Below, piece after piece: positions 19,242 to 29,344 of a stretch of 64,000 nucleotides of DNA; the first letter of the stretch is position 1, and every line of letters starts with the position of its first letter. The translations under genes and the position numbers were made by a program. The notes beneath the pieces are model-generated. The model had not been told where the DNA came from. It ran no database searches and saw only the letters and a program-made list of their open reading frames with translations. The stretch is from a virus. Lineage: Duplodnaviria > Heunggongvirae > Uroviricota > Caudoviricetes. The DNA lies in IMG/VR virus record IMGVR_UViG_3300043036_000338. One strand, 5' to 3'.

Positions 19242-19832
19242 CTAATGAAAGAATGTAATCATCTCATAAATTTCCTTCCAGCCTTTTACAACAGGAACAT
19301 CTGGGTGAACAAAGTCTTTGTTATAGTCATGTTCAATTAGGACTGCCCACAAACCAAGATCATTACCACACACTGCGTTTTCTGGTTTATCTTCAATCCA
19401 GAAACAATCAGTATCTTTGTATGGAAGCAATGCCTGATCCTTATCAGCACCACAATCCAAGCAGATCACCTTTTCAAAGATGTTGGCGCCAAAGATTGAG
19501 TTCAGATTCTTCCGCCGAAGTTTGCCGGCATATTCATTGGTACTCAGTGAGGTAATGCAATGGAAAACAAACCCATGTTCCTCATGAAGTTTCCGAACAT
19601 ATTTAATAGCATCACGGAAAGGAGTAAGAGAACCAATGTTAGACGATTCATTGAACTGCCGAACAAAGGCCTTCATATCAGCCTTTGGAATGTCATATGT
19701 AATTGCCAAATCATATACACCATCAACCTTTTTGGTGTATCCATGTTCTTTCATGTAATTGTCAAATGAGTATACCCAATCAAGAAGAACACCATCACAA
19801 TCGGTTAGGATCACTTTATCTTTCAGTTTCAT
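19242..19832 (-). CDS. HAD-superfamily 5'(3')-deoxyribonucleotidase-like phosphatase
   Basis: N-terminal DCDGVLLDW HAD motif I; 196 aa. Confidence 0.5.
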   Translation of the reverse strand: MKLKDKVILTDCDGVLLDWVYSFDNYMKEHGYTKKVDGVYDLAITYDIPKADMKAFVRQFNESSNIGSLTPFRDAIKYVRKLHEEHGFVFHCITSLSTNEYAGKLRRKNLNSIFGANIFEKVICLDCGADKDQALLPYKDTDCFWIEDKPENAVCGNDLGLWAVLIEHDYNKDFVHPDVPVVKGWKEIYEMITFFH

Positions 19833-20203
19833 TTTGCACCTTTCAGGTTCATTTCAACTTCTTCAAACTTTTTATTCCGTGGTGCATAAAACCAAATGTC
19901 ACCATCCCAGAGATATAAATATTGTGCACCTGTGTCTGCATGACCTTCGTTCAGATATTCATCAACAGAATTGAAAGTTTCTGGACGATCATTATGGGCC
20001 GCTCCAGCACGGCTCTGAGCATAGTCATGATATAGAGCCGAAAGATAACCACCGTAGGCAACCTTTTGTGCGCCGAGTTCAGTGTTATACGAATCAACAA
20101 GTGTTGCGCCAACACCGTCAACATAGCCATCAAAGTGTACATACGAGGCAATAACTTTGCCGGTGCCCTTGTCAAAATGGCCGATCATTGCAGAAGTACC
20201 CAT
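19829..20203 (-). CDS. hypothetical protein immediately downstream of rtcB
   Basis: ORF 124 aa, own early promoter at 20215-20260. Confidence 0.4.
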   Translation of the reverse strand: MGTSAMIGHFDKGTGKVIASYVHFDGYVDGVGATLVDSYNTELGAQKVAYGGYLSALYHDYAQSRAGAAHNDRPETFNSVDEYLNEGHADTGAQYLYLWDGDIWFYAPRNKKFEEVEMNLKGAK

Positions 20204-20259
20204 GTCATTTCCTTTTCATTGGTTACATATATCTTATAAAACAACTACAACCCATTGTC

Positions 20260-20290
20260 AACAAAAAAGAGCGCCGAAGCGCTCTTTTCT
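20260..20290 (-). terminator. rho-independent terminator followed directly by early promoter -35
   Basis: GAGCGCcgaaGCGCTC hairpin plus T-run then GTTGACA. Confidence 0.6.
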
Positions 20291-21663
20291 CACATTTTTT
20301 TCCACGACTTTTCAAAGTTACCAGCCATGATGTTACCATATGGCATGATACGATCAACAGTCACAGCCAAACCAAAACCCAACATATCAGCCTGAACAGT
20401 AGCAGCACTTTTGTAAGCACTTGGCAATTCACTGATGTCAGGTATTCCAGACCAGAACCGAGCATCAATACCACGAGTTTCCTGTGCTACCAATTCGGCT
20501 TCAGACAAGGTCTGTTGACGAGCAAATTGTGAACGACTGAAGATACGACCGGCACCGTGTGGTGCAAAACCTATCTCATTGTCGGCATGTGCCTTAACAA
20601 ACAAAATTGGCTCAGCCATGTTCATAGGAACAATTTGAGTGTCATATGGGTCACGCAACAAAGCAGTGTTAACAGGTGTAGAACCTTTGGCGTGATATAC
20701 CAATTGATCATCACTTGGGTCACGGAATACAAAGTTGTGTGGAGTAAAGATACGATCAGTACCAGAAACAGACAAACGACTCAACACAGCATCATGCAAA
20801 CTGTTATGGTTAGCACGAGTCCAATCGTGGGCAATCTCCAAAGCATCCCAATATTCAACACCTTCGTCAGTGTCCAATGGAATCCAGGCATTCTGCTTCA
20901 ACGTTTTTGGGCTCATTTGAATCCGAAACTTTTCAGCAATCTCCATACCTTTTTTATAGATACCAGCGCCAAAACCACGGCTACCGAAGTGCGAGATCAA
21001 CCAAACATCACCAGTGTTTTCACTACGGCCAACAGATATAAAATGGTTACCATCGCCAGAGGTGCGCAAATGACTCATAGAAGCATTTACAGTTTTTTGA
21101 TCACGAGTAAAGCGGTTAACCAAAATGCGATCCAACAAACTCAAGTCAATTTGTTCAACAGGAGTCGAATGGCCACCAGGACCAAAGTGACTCAATTCAT
21201 GTGCAACATTCAATACATCCAAAGGATCAACATCACCGAAGTTGGTGGCACTCATAGAGCAACACACATCAGCTGAGTGCATGCCAGGATGGATAGCATT
21301 ACGAGTCACAACCATACCACCCACTGGGATAGTACCAATTGAACCTGCAGGACAAGCATCTGGCATTACCGAAGCACTTACAACTGTGGGAGTCTTGACC
21401 AATTCAGCCATAGTAGCCATTACAGCATTGTAGTTTGCGGTCTCGTATTCATCACCTTGTGACAAAAATACATTAATAGCAATATTGTCTTGCAATGGCA
21501 TATACACTGGTTCTACAGGCATATTTCGTTGGATAATGTCAGCCAAGACAGAGTCATCAACTACAGCAATCTGACGCAATTCTTTCAGGATCTTACCGAT
21601 ATGTGGACCTGGCTTTACACCACGGTCAATCAAATCTTTGCCAGTCCAAACATATTGTTCCAT
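20290..21663 (-). CDS. rtcB: RNA-splicing ligase RtcB
   Basis: 457 aa; HNFVFRD, FAPHGAGRIFSRSQ and other RtcB conserved His/Cys motifs. Confidence 0.85.
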   Translation of the reverse strand: MEQYVWTGKDLIDRGVKPGPHIGKILKELRQIAVVDDSVLADIIQRNMPVEPVYMPLQDNIAINVFLSQGDEYETANYNAVMATMAELVKTPTVVSASVMPDACPAGSIGTIPVGGMVVTRNAIHPGMHSADVCCSMSATNFGDVDPLDVLNVAHELSHFGPGGHSTPVEQIDLSLLDRILVNRFTRDQKTVNASMSHLRTSGDGNHFISVGRSENTGDVWLISHFGSRGFGAGIYKKGMEIAEKFRIQMSPKTLKQNAWIPLDTDEGVEYWDALEIAHDWTRANHNSLHDAVLSRLSVSGTDRIFTPHNFVFRDPSDDQLVYHAKGSTPVNTALLRDPYDTQIVPMNMAEPILFVKAHADNEIGFAPHGAGRIFSRSQFARQQTLSEAELVAQETRGIDARFWSGIPDISELPSAYKSAATVQADMLGFGLAVTVDRIMPYGNIMAGNFEKSWKKM

Positions 21664-21674
21664 AGTTATTCTCC

Positions 21675-21872
21675 TTAAAGACTGTTGATACGTTCAACTT
21701 CACCGCTTTGGATGTCTTTCATTGCCCGAAAATATCCTTGAGTATTGGCACGTGACATTTCTTTAAGCAGAAGATCAGCAAGACGATCTACACCATACAG
21801 ATTAAAAGGAATATCAGATTCAAGGGATCCTTCAATCAAACTGATAAGGTCATTGCGAGTCATCATGATCAT
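21675..21872 (-). CDS. hypothetical small protein
   Basis: ORF 65 aa with early promoter. Confidence 0.3.
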   Translation of the reverse strand: MIMMTRNDLISLIEGSLESDIPFNLYGVDRLADLLLKEMSRANTQGYFRAMKDIQSGEVERINSL

Positions 21873-21951
21873 TTCCTCTATTGGTTACATATACTATATA
21901 AAACAAATAGAACCCATTGTCAACAAAAAAGAGCGCCGAAGCGCTCTTTTC

Positions 21952-22170
21952 TCACATTTTTTTCCATGTCTTGTTGTCGACCACAGGAGTATCAAGTTCA
22001 TCTAGATACTGACTACGCTGATTCAACTTTTCTCTCCGTTTGTCACGAATGGATTGTTTCTTGTCATCATAGTCAAAGTCTGGAGCCCAATCACTACCAT
22101 AATCTTCTGCATAGGCATTACGCTTTTTCGACATCGCTTTTCTCATTAATAATGTTACCGAATGCTTCAT
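21952..22170 (-). CDS. hypothetical small basic protein
   Basis: ORF 72 aa. Confidence 0.3.
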   Translation of the reverse strand: MKHSVTLLMRKAMSKKRNAYAEDYGSDWAPDFDYDDKKQSIRDKRREKLNQRSQYLDELDTPVVDNKTWKKM

Positions 22171-22558
22171 TGATTGCTTTTACTGGCAGATCTTTATATC
22201 CAGTCTGTGCAATCATATCTAACAAAAGTAAAGCATCTTCTTTATGGACAGATTCAAGCATCTGAATAAAGATTTGTTCCCGCTTAATTTTTTGTACTTT
22301 TTCACCGCCAAACCCATCAACAAAATATTTGAGTTTGCGGCATTCGTGATATAAAGCACCTTGATTCTCAACTGCACCTGATGGACTATATGGAGGCGCT
22401 TCAGAAGGAATGAGAAACTTTACTTTGCCTTTATCATACATTGCAGTAAGAATGTCACGAATTTGTGGACTATCATGATTCTTAAGCCACGCAACCTTCT
22501 CATCATGAGTTTTAAGTTTGCGAGACTTATTGATAATCTCAGATAACATTTGGACCAT
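22118..22558 (-). CDS. hypothetical protein
   Basis: ORF 146 aa. Confidence 0.4.
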   Translation of the reverse strand: MVQMLSEIINKSRKLKTHDEKVAWLKNHDSPQIRDILTAMYDKGKVKFLIPSEAPPYSPSGAVENQGALYHECRKLKYFVDGFGGEKVQKIKREQIFIQMLESVHKEDALLLLDMIAQTGYKDLPVKAINEAFGNIINEKSDVEKA

Positions 22559-22560
22559 TA

Positions 22561-23409
22561 TTAGAATTCCTGTATATTTTGCATTAAATTACGAAGGTTG
22601 TTTTCCATAAAATATTCAAATAGTTTTGATCTATCTTTTGGGTTAATCTCTTCAAACTTTTCAGTAATTTTTGCTTGAAGAGAAGCAGGGATTTTTGTCA
22701 AATCAATTAAGGTTTGATTACGATTAAAGTTACGAAGAATTTGTTCATTAGTAATAGAACCTTGTAACTCACTCATACGTTTTTGTGTGATAGGCTTTTG
22801 ACGTTCACCAACGACAAAACAATTGTCATTTGATAGAACATTTGGTACACCATCGCCAGTATCGCCCTTGATGATGTGCTCAAGTAGATATGTATCAGGG
22901 TCAGAATGAGCAATCCAACGCTTGCGGATTGGATCATATTGCTTGATATTGGCATACTTATGAAGTTGAATATAGTCTTTGTCTGATGAAAGGATCAGAA
23001 TAGGTTCACCACTGTTGAGAATGGTACCTTTGGTATGGCAGATGGTACCAATAATGTCATCGGCCTCGGCTGTATCAATCTGAATTACCTTATAAGGGAA
23101 TACAGTTTTGAGTTCCTCACGAATTTTGTTGAGTGAAACAAAAATAGCATTCCAATCAAGTTCAGATTCCTCACGACTCTTACGACGTGATGCTTTATAA
23201 TATGGAAAGAGTGTCCGACGCCAATAGTTTTTATCATCAGCACAGATGATCATTTCGCCAAACTCTGGGCCAAATTTAACTTTATTCATACGAAGAGAAT
23301 TAAGAACCATATGACGGATCATATTCTCATCAATAGCAGCATTGTGGTGATTGCCAATATTTGCCATTAGGTTGGCAATCATCACTTGGTTAAGGTCTAC
23401 AAGTATCAC
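22561..23409 (-). CDS. rnh: RNase H / 5'-3' flap exonuclease (T4 rnh-like)
   Basis: KNYWRRTLFPYYKASRRKSREESELDW, ILILSSDKDYIQLHKYANIKQYDP and C-terminal LRNLMQNIQEF match T4 RNase H. Confidence 0.8.
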   Translation of the reverse strand: MILVDLNQVMIANLMANIGNHHNAAIDENMIRHMVLNSLRMNKVKFGPEFGEMIICADDKNYWRRTLFPYYKASRRKSREESELDWNAIFVSLNKIREELKTVFPYKVIQIDTAEADDIIGTICHTKGTILNSGEPILILSSDKDYIQLHKYANIKQYDPIRKRWIAHSDPDTYLLEHIIKGDTGDGVPNVLSNDNCFVVGERQKPITQKRMSELQGSITNEQILRNFNRNQTLIDLTKIPASLQAKITEKFEEINPKDRSKLFEYFMENNLRNLMQNIQEF

Positions 23410-23464
23410 TTATTATCTCCAAAAATTAACTCATAGTATAAGTATACACTATTTATAGCAAATG

Positions 23465-23794
23465 TCAATCACTTTCCATAATTTCACGAAAACTAATTAA
23501 ATGTTCCTCGTATTCAATGTCGATAAGTTTTTCCGATAGGATTTGTGCATCACATGGAATTCCGGCAACACGAGTGATCAATGCTTTTAGAACATCAATC
23601 ATCAGATAAATATCACCCATTGATTTAATGTCATTCTCTAATGGAATACCCATCTCATCTAATAGGACTCCAATATCCGCGGCAATACTGATTGCATATT
23701 GTAGGGCTTCATCTTCGTCAAGAATCGCAATATTTTCTTCGTCTTGTTCTTTTTTCTTTTCTTTTGCTACAGTAAAGTCGACTACATTGTTCAT
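23465..23794 (-). CDS. acidic small protein (possibly gp33-like late transcription coactivator)
   Basis: 109 aa, acidic, position after rnh. Confidence 0.25.
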   Translation of the reverse strand: MNNVVDFTVAKEKKKEQDEENIAILDEDEALQYAISIAADIGVLLDEMGIPLENDIKSMGDIYLMIDVLKALITRVAGIPCDAQILSEKLIDIEYEEHLISFREIMESD

Positions 23795-24990
23795 TTATAT
23801 ACTTTCAGAATAATTGTTTCGTTATTAATTCGCCCTGTAAACTCACTTGGTGATGTTTTGATTTCACTGAAGAATTTCAAGGACTTTGCCTTCGTCATAC
23901 TCATCAGTTCCTTCAATGCTTCGTCAGGTTTACGAAGCATCTTCTTAGATGTATTGGTGGCATCAATACCTTGCAGTGTAGTACCTTTTAGAGTGAAGCC
24001 AGACGAACTCTGAGTCACAACATGAGCAAGGGTACGATATTTGACATTGAACAAATACAGTTCACTGGCACCAATGATATTCATGGGGTCCACACTTGTG
24101 ATCTTATATTCGACACTTTCTTTTAGATAGAGAACTTTTGACACTTGTTGTGTAGCAGATTTTGGTTTGGCAACTCGTGTTTTCCGAACAGCCTTTTTGG
24201 AAGTCATGAACTGTTCAGCATCATCAATGATGAGAGTGATGAGTTTGAGCAATTCTTTCTTCTTAGGTAGTGTTAAATGTTGATAACCTTCAACAAGGTC
24301 AGGTGTTTTCTTTTGAAGCAATTCATTGAGTTCATCCTTGAAAGGAGTATAGTATTCAATGATTGCCTTCGCCACATTGGATGATGCATCAATCTTTTTC
24401 AGTTCATTATAAACCGAATAGTTTTCAACATCTAACCATACACCTTCATCCCATATGTCAATCACTTCTTCAATCTCGGCAATGAAGTCCGAGGTACGTT
24501 GTTTAATAATGTCAGAAGGACTCATCCGTGTTGGAGTTGTTATAACAGTCTTTTTCTTATTCAGAGAACCAGCAACAATTGCTTCCTGAAGTTTGTTTTT
24601 AATCCAAGCAATCCGATCAGCATCAAATGGTGCGCCGTTAATATGCATTTTGCATAGACCAGCAGCAGTCATACTGGTGCGCCATGTTTCAGCTTCTTGG
24701 TAGTTTGAAAGGTCTTCTTTGGTCATGTGCTTTTTCATCCACATTGCAACCCACTTCACACCATCTTTCAGATCATAGAAATAGTTGTAATGTCGAAGTG
24801 TTTCATATACCGCTTTATTCATATCTTCAACTTGAAGCCAGTTAACAACTTCAACTCCGACATGCCGTTCTTCAAGGGTAATGGACTTACGGCCGCTACT
24901 TACAAAAGCCGTCTTTTTCTTTTTTGCAGAGATTTTAGTCAGTGCGGTAGCCATGTTCGAAGTCCTTTCAATAACTCTCAAGATCAACAT
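23791..24990 (-). CDS. hypothetical protein
   Basis: ORF 399 aa, no recognised motif. Confidence 0.45.
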   Translation of the reverse strand: MLILRVIERTSNMATALTKISAKKKKTAFVSSGRKSITLEERHVGVEVVNWLQVEDMNKAVYETLRHYNYFYDLKDGVKWVAMWMKKHMTKEDLSNYQEAETWRTSMTAAGLCKMHINGAPFDADRIAWIKNKLQEAIVAGSLNKKKTVITTPTRMSPSDIIKQRTSDFIAEIEEVIDIWDEGVWLDVENYSVYNELKKIDASSNVAKAIIEYYTPFKDELNELLQKKTPDLVEGYQHLTLPKKKELLKLITLIIDDAEQFMTSKKAVRKTRVAKPKSATQQVSKVLYLKESVEYKITSVDPMNIIGASELYLFNVKYRTLAHVVTQSSSGFTLKGTTLQGIDATNTSKKMLRKPDEALKELMSMTKAKSLKFFSEIKTSPSEFTGRINNETIILKVYK

Positions 24991-25010
24991 AACTTACTTA
25001 TATGGCAATG

Positions 25011-25949
25011 TCAACCACTTTTTTGCAAAATGTTGTGCATTAGATTCTTCCATTGAATTGCACGATTATCCCAACTATAGACCACATCAGCAATTGACTT
25101 TTCAACGGCAAGATTATTCATATGTTTTGATAGCATAGTTTTATCATTGTGGATCATAATTGCTTGTCGAAGATTGTTATAGAAAATCATTGCGTGAGTA
25201 TTTGGATCTTCATGATAGTCATACATATGAGTAAGACTCAATGATGTTTCTGGTAGCGCAGCCAACGATGAGTGGACACAAGTAAGCCCAGCAGACATTG
25301 CTTCAATAAGAACTAGGCATGATGTTTCAGCCCATGTAGATGGATAAGCAAGAATATGATTGCGCTTGAGTTCTTCACGAATCTGATCATTTGATACTGA
25401 TTTGCTATAATTGATCTGAGGATGATCCTCAAGTTTCTTAAATAGATCCTTGTGTTGTTCATCACGCTCGGGCCATGCATATAGATCAAATGAACTGAAT
25501 ATATTCAATTCTAAGTTTGGAAACTCTTTTGCCAATGGAACAAAAGCTGCATATAGAATATCCAACCCACGATGGGGAGTAGAGTAATACATCAGACGAA
25601 TTTTGTCTGTTGGCTTAGTATGTTCTTCAATTGGAGTGATTGCATTTTTCAATACAACACCAGCTGAAGGTGGCACACCAAGATAATCAAAGAATTGTTG
25701 TTTCTGCCAATGACTTACAAAGACAAGTTTGTCAAAGTTTTTCCAACCACCATTACGTAGATGATCATGCATAGGATCAAGTGCAAGGTCATGTAATACC
25801 AAAATGTTCTTCTTGGTAAAACTAATATTTGTTTCACGTGAATGCATAATATTAAAATGTGAAAGTAACTCGGCAGGGAGAGTATTAATTCTCCCTGCCA
25901 TCAGTTCAGTGCCGCCTCTTGGCTTTAATTCAGACATCATATCCGGCAT
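25011..25949 (-). CDS. glycosyltransferase (GT-B, family 1/4-like)
   Basis: LIEAMSAGLTCVHSS E-x7-E type motif region. Confidence 0.45.
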   Translation of the reverse strand: MPDMMSELKPRGGTELMAGRINTLPAELLSHFNIMHSRETNISFTKKNILVLHDLALDPMHDHLRNGGWKNFDKLVFVSHWQKQQFFDYLGVPPSAGVVLKNAITPIEEHTKPTDKIRLMYYSTPHRGLDILYAAFVPLAKEFPNLELNIFSSFDLYAWPERDEQHKDLFKKLEDHPQINYSKSVSNDQIREELKRNHILAYPSTWAETSCLVLIEAMSAGLTCVHSSLAALPETSLSLTHMYDYHEDPNTHAMIFYNNLRQAIMIHNDKTMLSKHMNNLAVEKSIADVVYSWDNRAIQWKNLMHNILQKSG

Positions 25950-26325
25950 ACTCTTCTTCTAAGTCTAGATGGTCAAAGATCACGCCGTTTACTGAAATGA
26001 GAGAGTCCCATCTGAATGAGCGCCAGCCTTGATTAATCAAATCAAATACAGCCACGACATCAGGATTTGTTGCTTTCTTTTGTACTGCTTCTTCAAGACC
26101 AACTTGATCAGGAAGAGATTCTGCTTTCAGTGTTGCAGTCATAACACGAACTGTGCCATCCTTCTTTACAAATTCCAGATCAACAGTTTCAGTGTGTAGC
26201 AGTTCAAGTACTTTAGATTTTTCCATTACCATAGTCTCCCATTGTGTTTTCAATTTCAGCGGCAAAGTCAGTATAGCCACCAATGTAACGATCATCCCAC
26301 CAGATTTGTGGTAGGGTCTTAACAC
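25930..26325 (-). CDS. hypothetical protein (true start probably internal)
   Basis: ORF 131 aa overlapping neighbours. Confidence 0.3.
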   Translation of the reverse strand: MLRPYHKSGGMIVTLVAILTLPLKLKTQWETMVMEKSKVLELLHTETVDLEFVKKDGTVRVMTATLKAESLPDQVGLEEAVQKKATNPDVVAVFDLINQGWRSFRWDSLISVNGVIFDHLDLEEEYAGYDV

Positions 26326-26467
26326 CTGGCATTAGAGCACTCAATTCAAAAATGAATTGGATATTATCATCGACATTACGATAGTCATGTGTCAATGAAC
26401 GACTTTCAGCCAATCCCTTAGCTGCAGTGCACCATTTGCAATTATTCTTTGCATAGATGGTGATCAT
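26213..26467 (-). CDS. glutaredoxin/NrdH-like redoxin
   Basis: 84 aa, CKWC active-site motif near N-terminus. Confidence 0.55.
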   Translation of the reverse strand: MITIYAKNNCKWCTAAKGLAESRSLTHDYRNVDDNIQFIFELSALMPGVKTLPQIWWDDRYIGGYTDFAAEIENTMGDYGNGKI

Positions 26468-26730
26468 GCCTCAACTTCTTTCATACCCTTTTGGTTATGC
26501 TTCAAAGAGTTGATGTAATCTTTACCATTCACCTTGATAACCTTGTTTGGCATTACCTTGCCATTTTTACCCAAAACAGGCAATGACCAAACCACATTCT
26601 TACCTTTTTGAAGGGCAGCAATTTGATTCAAAAGCTTTTGAGCAGGATCTTTCACCGAGGTACTCATACAACTGATACGTTCACCCTTCGAAGTCTTAAC
26701 ACCGCTCGAACTTTTTTTACCTTTAGCCAT
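26464..26730 (-). CDS. hypothetical basic protein
   Basis: ORF 88 aa. Confidence 0.35.
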   Translation of the reverse strand: MAKGKKSSSGVKTSKGERISCMSTSVKDPAQKLLNQIAALQKGKNVVWSLPVLGKNGKVMPNKVIKVNGKDYINSLKHNQKGMKEVEA

Positions 26731-26740
26731 TTTATATTCC

Positions 26741-26926
26741 TTACTTTTCTAGGGATTCAATACGATATTCAAGTTCATCAAGTTCACTTATGAACTTTAA
26801 TTTAATTTCATTTGCACGTTCATATGCTTCTTTTGTGTGGTTATGACTAGTCCCATAAACAGACTTTGCAACATCTGCTGATCGTTGTAGTTCAACATAA
26901 ATTAGAAATAGTGATTTAAGTGACAT
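26741..26926 (-). CDS. hypothetical small protein
   Basis: ORF 61 aa. Confidence 0.3.
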   Translation of the reverse strand: MSLKSLFLIYVELQRSADVAKSVYGTSHNHTKEAYERANEIKLKFISELDELEYRIESLEK

Positions 26927-26961
26927 AATAATCTCCGATATGTTTACTATATATCAAGCAT

Positions 26962-27288
26962 TTAGTATGTCAACATATTTCTACGCCATTTTGTAACCCA
27001 GGATAATTTCTGCTCCTTAGTCCATTCGTTCAGATAATCATTATCTTTATCAAACAACTCGAGCAGTTGAGTTTCATCTAATAGAACACTGTCAATGATT
27101 GTTTCACCAAGGTGCTTTTGTGAAAACTCCTCTACATCTTCACATGTAACACAATCCTCTGCCCATTCAAGTTCTAGACCTTCAATTGGTACTTCTGGAT
27201 TCAAAGCTTGAAGTTGATCTACTGGAATTGCATAACGATTTCGAAAAGTAGAAATTACTGTAACCATTGCATATTGAGTCATAGACAA
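26962..27288 (-). CDS. hypothetical acidic protein
   Basis: ORF 108 aa. Confidence 0.35.
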   Translation of the reverse strand: MSMTQYAMVTVISTFRNRYAIPVDQLQALNPEVPIEGLELEWAEDCVTCEDVEEFSQKHLGETIIDSVLLDETQLLELFDKDNDYLNEWTKEQKLSWVTKWRRNMLTY

Positions 27289-27417
27289 TCCTCATCTGAA
27301 TAATAGTTGTCAGCATGCCAAACAATGAATTCCCATACAATGTTTTCAAATGCTTTGCTAATAAAGTAAATACCACCAAACAAAAGTACATTTGGTAGAA
27401 CGTAGTATAAAATTAAA

Positions 27418-27816
27418 TCAATCATTCTTGTCCCAATCTAATAGAGTGTCTTTATCTTTGTAAAATGGCAGGGTGGTTTTCCAACTGTTGGTATTCTCAA
27501 TAACATATTCGTAATTATTAAACCTCATGTTATCACGAAGGATACTATTTTCTTTTGTATCTGGAATATCATCAAGTGTTAAGAGTCTACCACCAAGGTA
27601 ATACATGCCAGATTCTTTGACAGTCTTTGGCGACCAACCATCACTTTCTTTAGTTTTAAATCTAAAGCCATATGGGGTAGCGCCGTGACGTTCTTTAATC
27701 TTTTTAGCATAGTATACAGCTAGATCAACACTCCACATGTCAATCTCTTTTGTTGTGGTCTCTGATACAAAAGTTCCAGGAGAGTGAAAAGTTACATAGT
27801 GTTTTTGGTCATTCAT
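27418..27816 (-). CDS. hypothetical protein
   Basis: ORF 132 aa. Confidence 0.4.
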   Translation of the reverse strand: MNDQKHYVTFHSPGTFVSETTTKEIDMWSVDLAVYYAKKIKERHGATPYGFRFKTKESDGWSPKTVKESGMYYLGGRLLTLDDIPDTKENSILRDNMRFNNYEYVIENTNSWKTTLPFYKDKDTLLDWDKND

Positions 27817-28091
27817 TCTGTTTTCTCCAGTTCAGCCAGCACCTCATAAATCCCGCCTTCCAGTCCAAACTTATCACGTAAATCCCGCAGCGCCTCCACA
27901 GCCTTAGCCAGCTTGGCTTCTGCGGCAAGGCGTTCCTCTACTCTCGCATTTGCAAAATCTCGCCAATAGTCGGCAGCGTCCCTTGCCGTGGCTCGTTCCT
28001 TCACCAACTGTTCAATGCGGTTGGCTGCATCATGCACAGTATAACCCCATGCGTTTTGGCGTAGTCCACGTATCAATTCTTCGTCGGTCAT
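27813..28091 (-). CDS. hypothetical protein, paralogue A
   Basis: MTDEELIRGLRQNAWGYTVHDAANRIEQLV shared with next gene; higher GC. Confidence 0.4.
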   Translation of the reverse strand: MTDEELIRGLRQNAWGYTVHDAANRIEQLVKERATARDAADYWRDFANARVEERLAAEAKLAKAVEALRDLRDKFGLEGGIYEVLAELEKTE

Positions 28092-28432
28092 TTTTTATCC
28101 AGTTCGGTAATAAAGTATTGTGCATCATCCAACATGATGCGCCACTCGTCATCGTCGCCATCTGGCGCAATGTCGATTATGTCCTTAATAACACCAATAG
28201 CTTTAGTCAGCTTGGCTTCTGCATCTTTACGCTTGCAACCACTTTCGCGCAGTGTCTCAACCAGAGATTCCTGTGCCCCAGCAAGACTCTTGTTGTCTTC
28301 CACCAACTGCTCAATGCGGTCAGCGGCATCTTCTGTCCATCCAAAGCCGTTGCGACCACGTAGTGTTTCAATCAACTCTTTATCAGTCATCGTTTTGCTC
28401 CCACTCCTACTGCAAGACCGAGTGCGACCCAA
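28088..28432 (-). CDS. hypothetical protein, paralogue B
   Basis: MTDKELIETLRGRNGFGWTEDAADRIEQLV. Confidence 0.4.
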   Translation of the reverse strand: MGRTRSCSRSGSKTMTDKELIETLRGRNGFGWTEDAADRIEQLVEDNKSLAGAQESLVETLRESGCKRKDAEAKLTKAIGVIKDIIDIAPDGDDDEWRIMLDDAQYFITELDKK

Positions 28433-28572
28433 CCAACAACTTGGTCAGCAGGTTCACCAAAAAGCCAAGCAAAGAAATACACTACACCTATAACAATCAA
28501 CACATCAACAAGGCTTGAAAAGCTCACATTCCGCAGACCTTCAACAAAACCTTCTTTAAACTTATTCCACAT
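28387..28572 (-). CDS. small membrane protein
   Basis: 61 aa, two hydrophobic helices. Confidence 0.3.
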   Translation of the reverse strand: MWNKFKEGFVEGLRNVSFSSLVDVLIVIGVVYFFAWLFGEPADQVVGWVALGLAVGVGAKR

Positions 28573-29015
28573 CAGAAATCCTCCGTTCCTTGATACACAT
28601 CAGCAACAAACACACCATTCTCACGCAGCATCTTCACAACACGAGGACGGTCATCAAACCACAGATCAGGCTTTTGGCCCCAATCAAGAACAATATGTGC
28701 CAGAAGTAAACTCTTGACAATGTCGTCTGACCGATGATCTTTCTCCGCCCTCATGTATAATTTCTTAAACCTAATGTTATGTCTGTTCAACCAGTTTTCA
28801 GTTACTTCACGATTTTCTTCACCACGACCAGTGCACAGGATAACATGATGGCCTAGAAGAGACATGCTACGAGCCATAAAGCAAATCGGTTCAATAGGTA
28901 TGTCATTGATCATTTCCGACTTGAACATATTCCAGTTCTTTGGTTCTTCACGCCAGTAATGAACACGGTGGCTCAGATCAGCAAGTGTACCATCAATATC
29001 GAAACAGATCAGCAT
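28572..29015 (-). CDS. HAD-superfamily phosphatase (Pnkp 3'-phosphatase-like/nucleotidase)
   Basis: FDIDGTL motif I at N-terminus; 147 aa. Confidence 0.5.
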   Translation of the reverse strand: MLICFDIDGTLADLSHRVHYWREEPKNWNMFKSEMINDIPIEPICFMARSMSLLGHHVILCTGRGEENREVTENWLNRHNIRFKKLYMRAEKDHRSDDIVKSLLLAHIVLDWGQKPDLWFDDRPRVVKMLRENGVFVADVYQGTEDF

Positions 29016-29017
29016 AG

Positions 29018-29299
29018 TTATTCTCCTTCAAACCCGATCAACTCAACCACCGTATAACAAGGGGCCACAGTAAACGGCAAACCAAATTTATCTTTTTTGA
29101 ACAAACCCCACAAAAAGTCATAGATGGCTTGTTCAGCTTCTTTACGAGTTTCAAATTGTTTGTCTGAGTATTCATCACCAAACAAGAATTCACCTGGAGT
29201 ACCTTCAGACCAGTTAGAAGCAACAGGGCGGATCATCAAGCCTTCTTTAGTTAATTGACGGATTACATAAACTCTGGTCAACATGGTTATTTCCTTCAT
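29018..29299 (-). CDS. hypothetical small protein
   Basis: ORF 93 aa with early promoter. Confidence 0.35.
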   Translation of the reverse strand: MKEITMLTRVYVIRQLTKEGLMIRPVASNWSEGTPGEFLFGDEYSDKQFETRKEAEQAIYDFLWGLFKKDKFGLPFTVAPCYTVVELIGFEGE

Positions 29300-29344
29300 T
29301 GGTTACATATACTTTATAAAACAATTCAAAGCAAATGTCAACAA

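Noticed and set aside
20557-21276. plus-strand ORF (239 aa) within rtcB
   Set aside because: antisense shadow of a strongly supported RtcB gene
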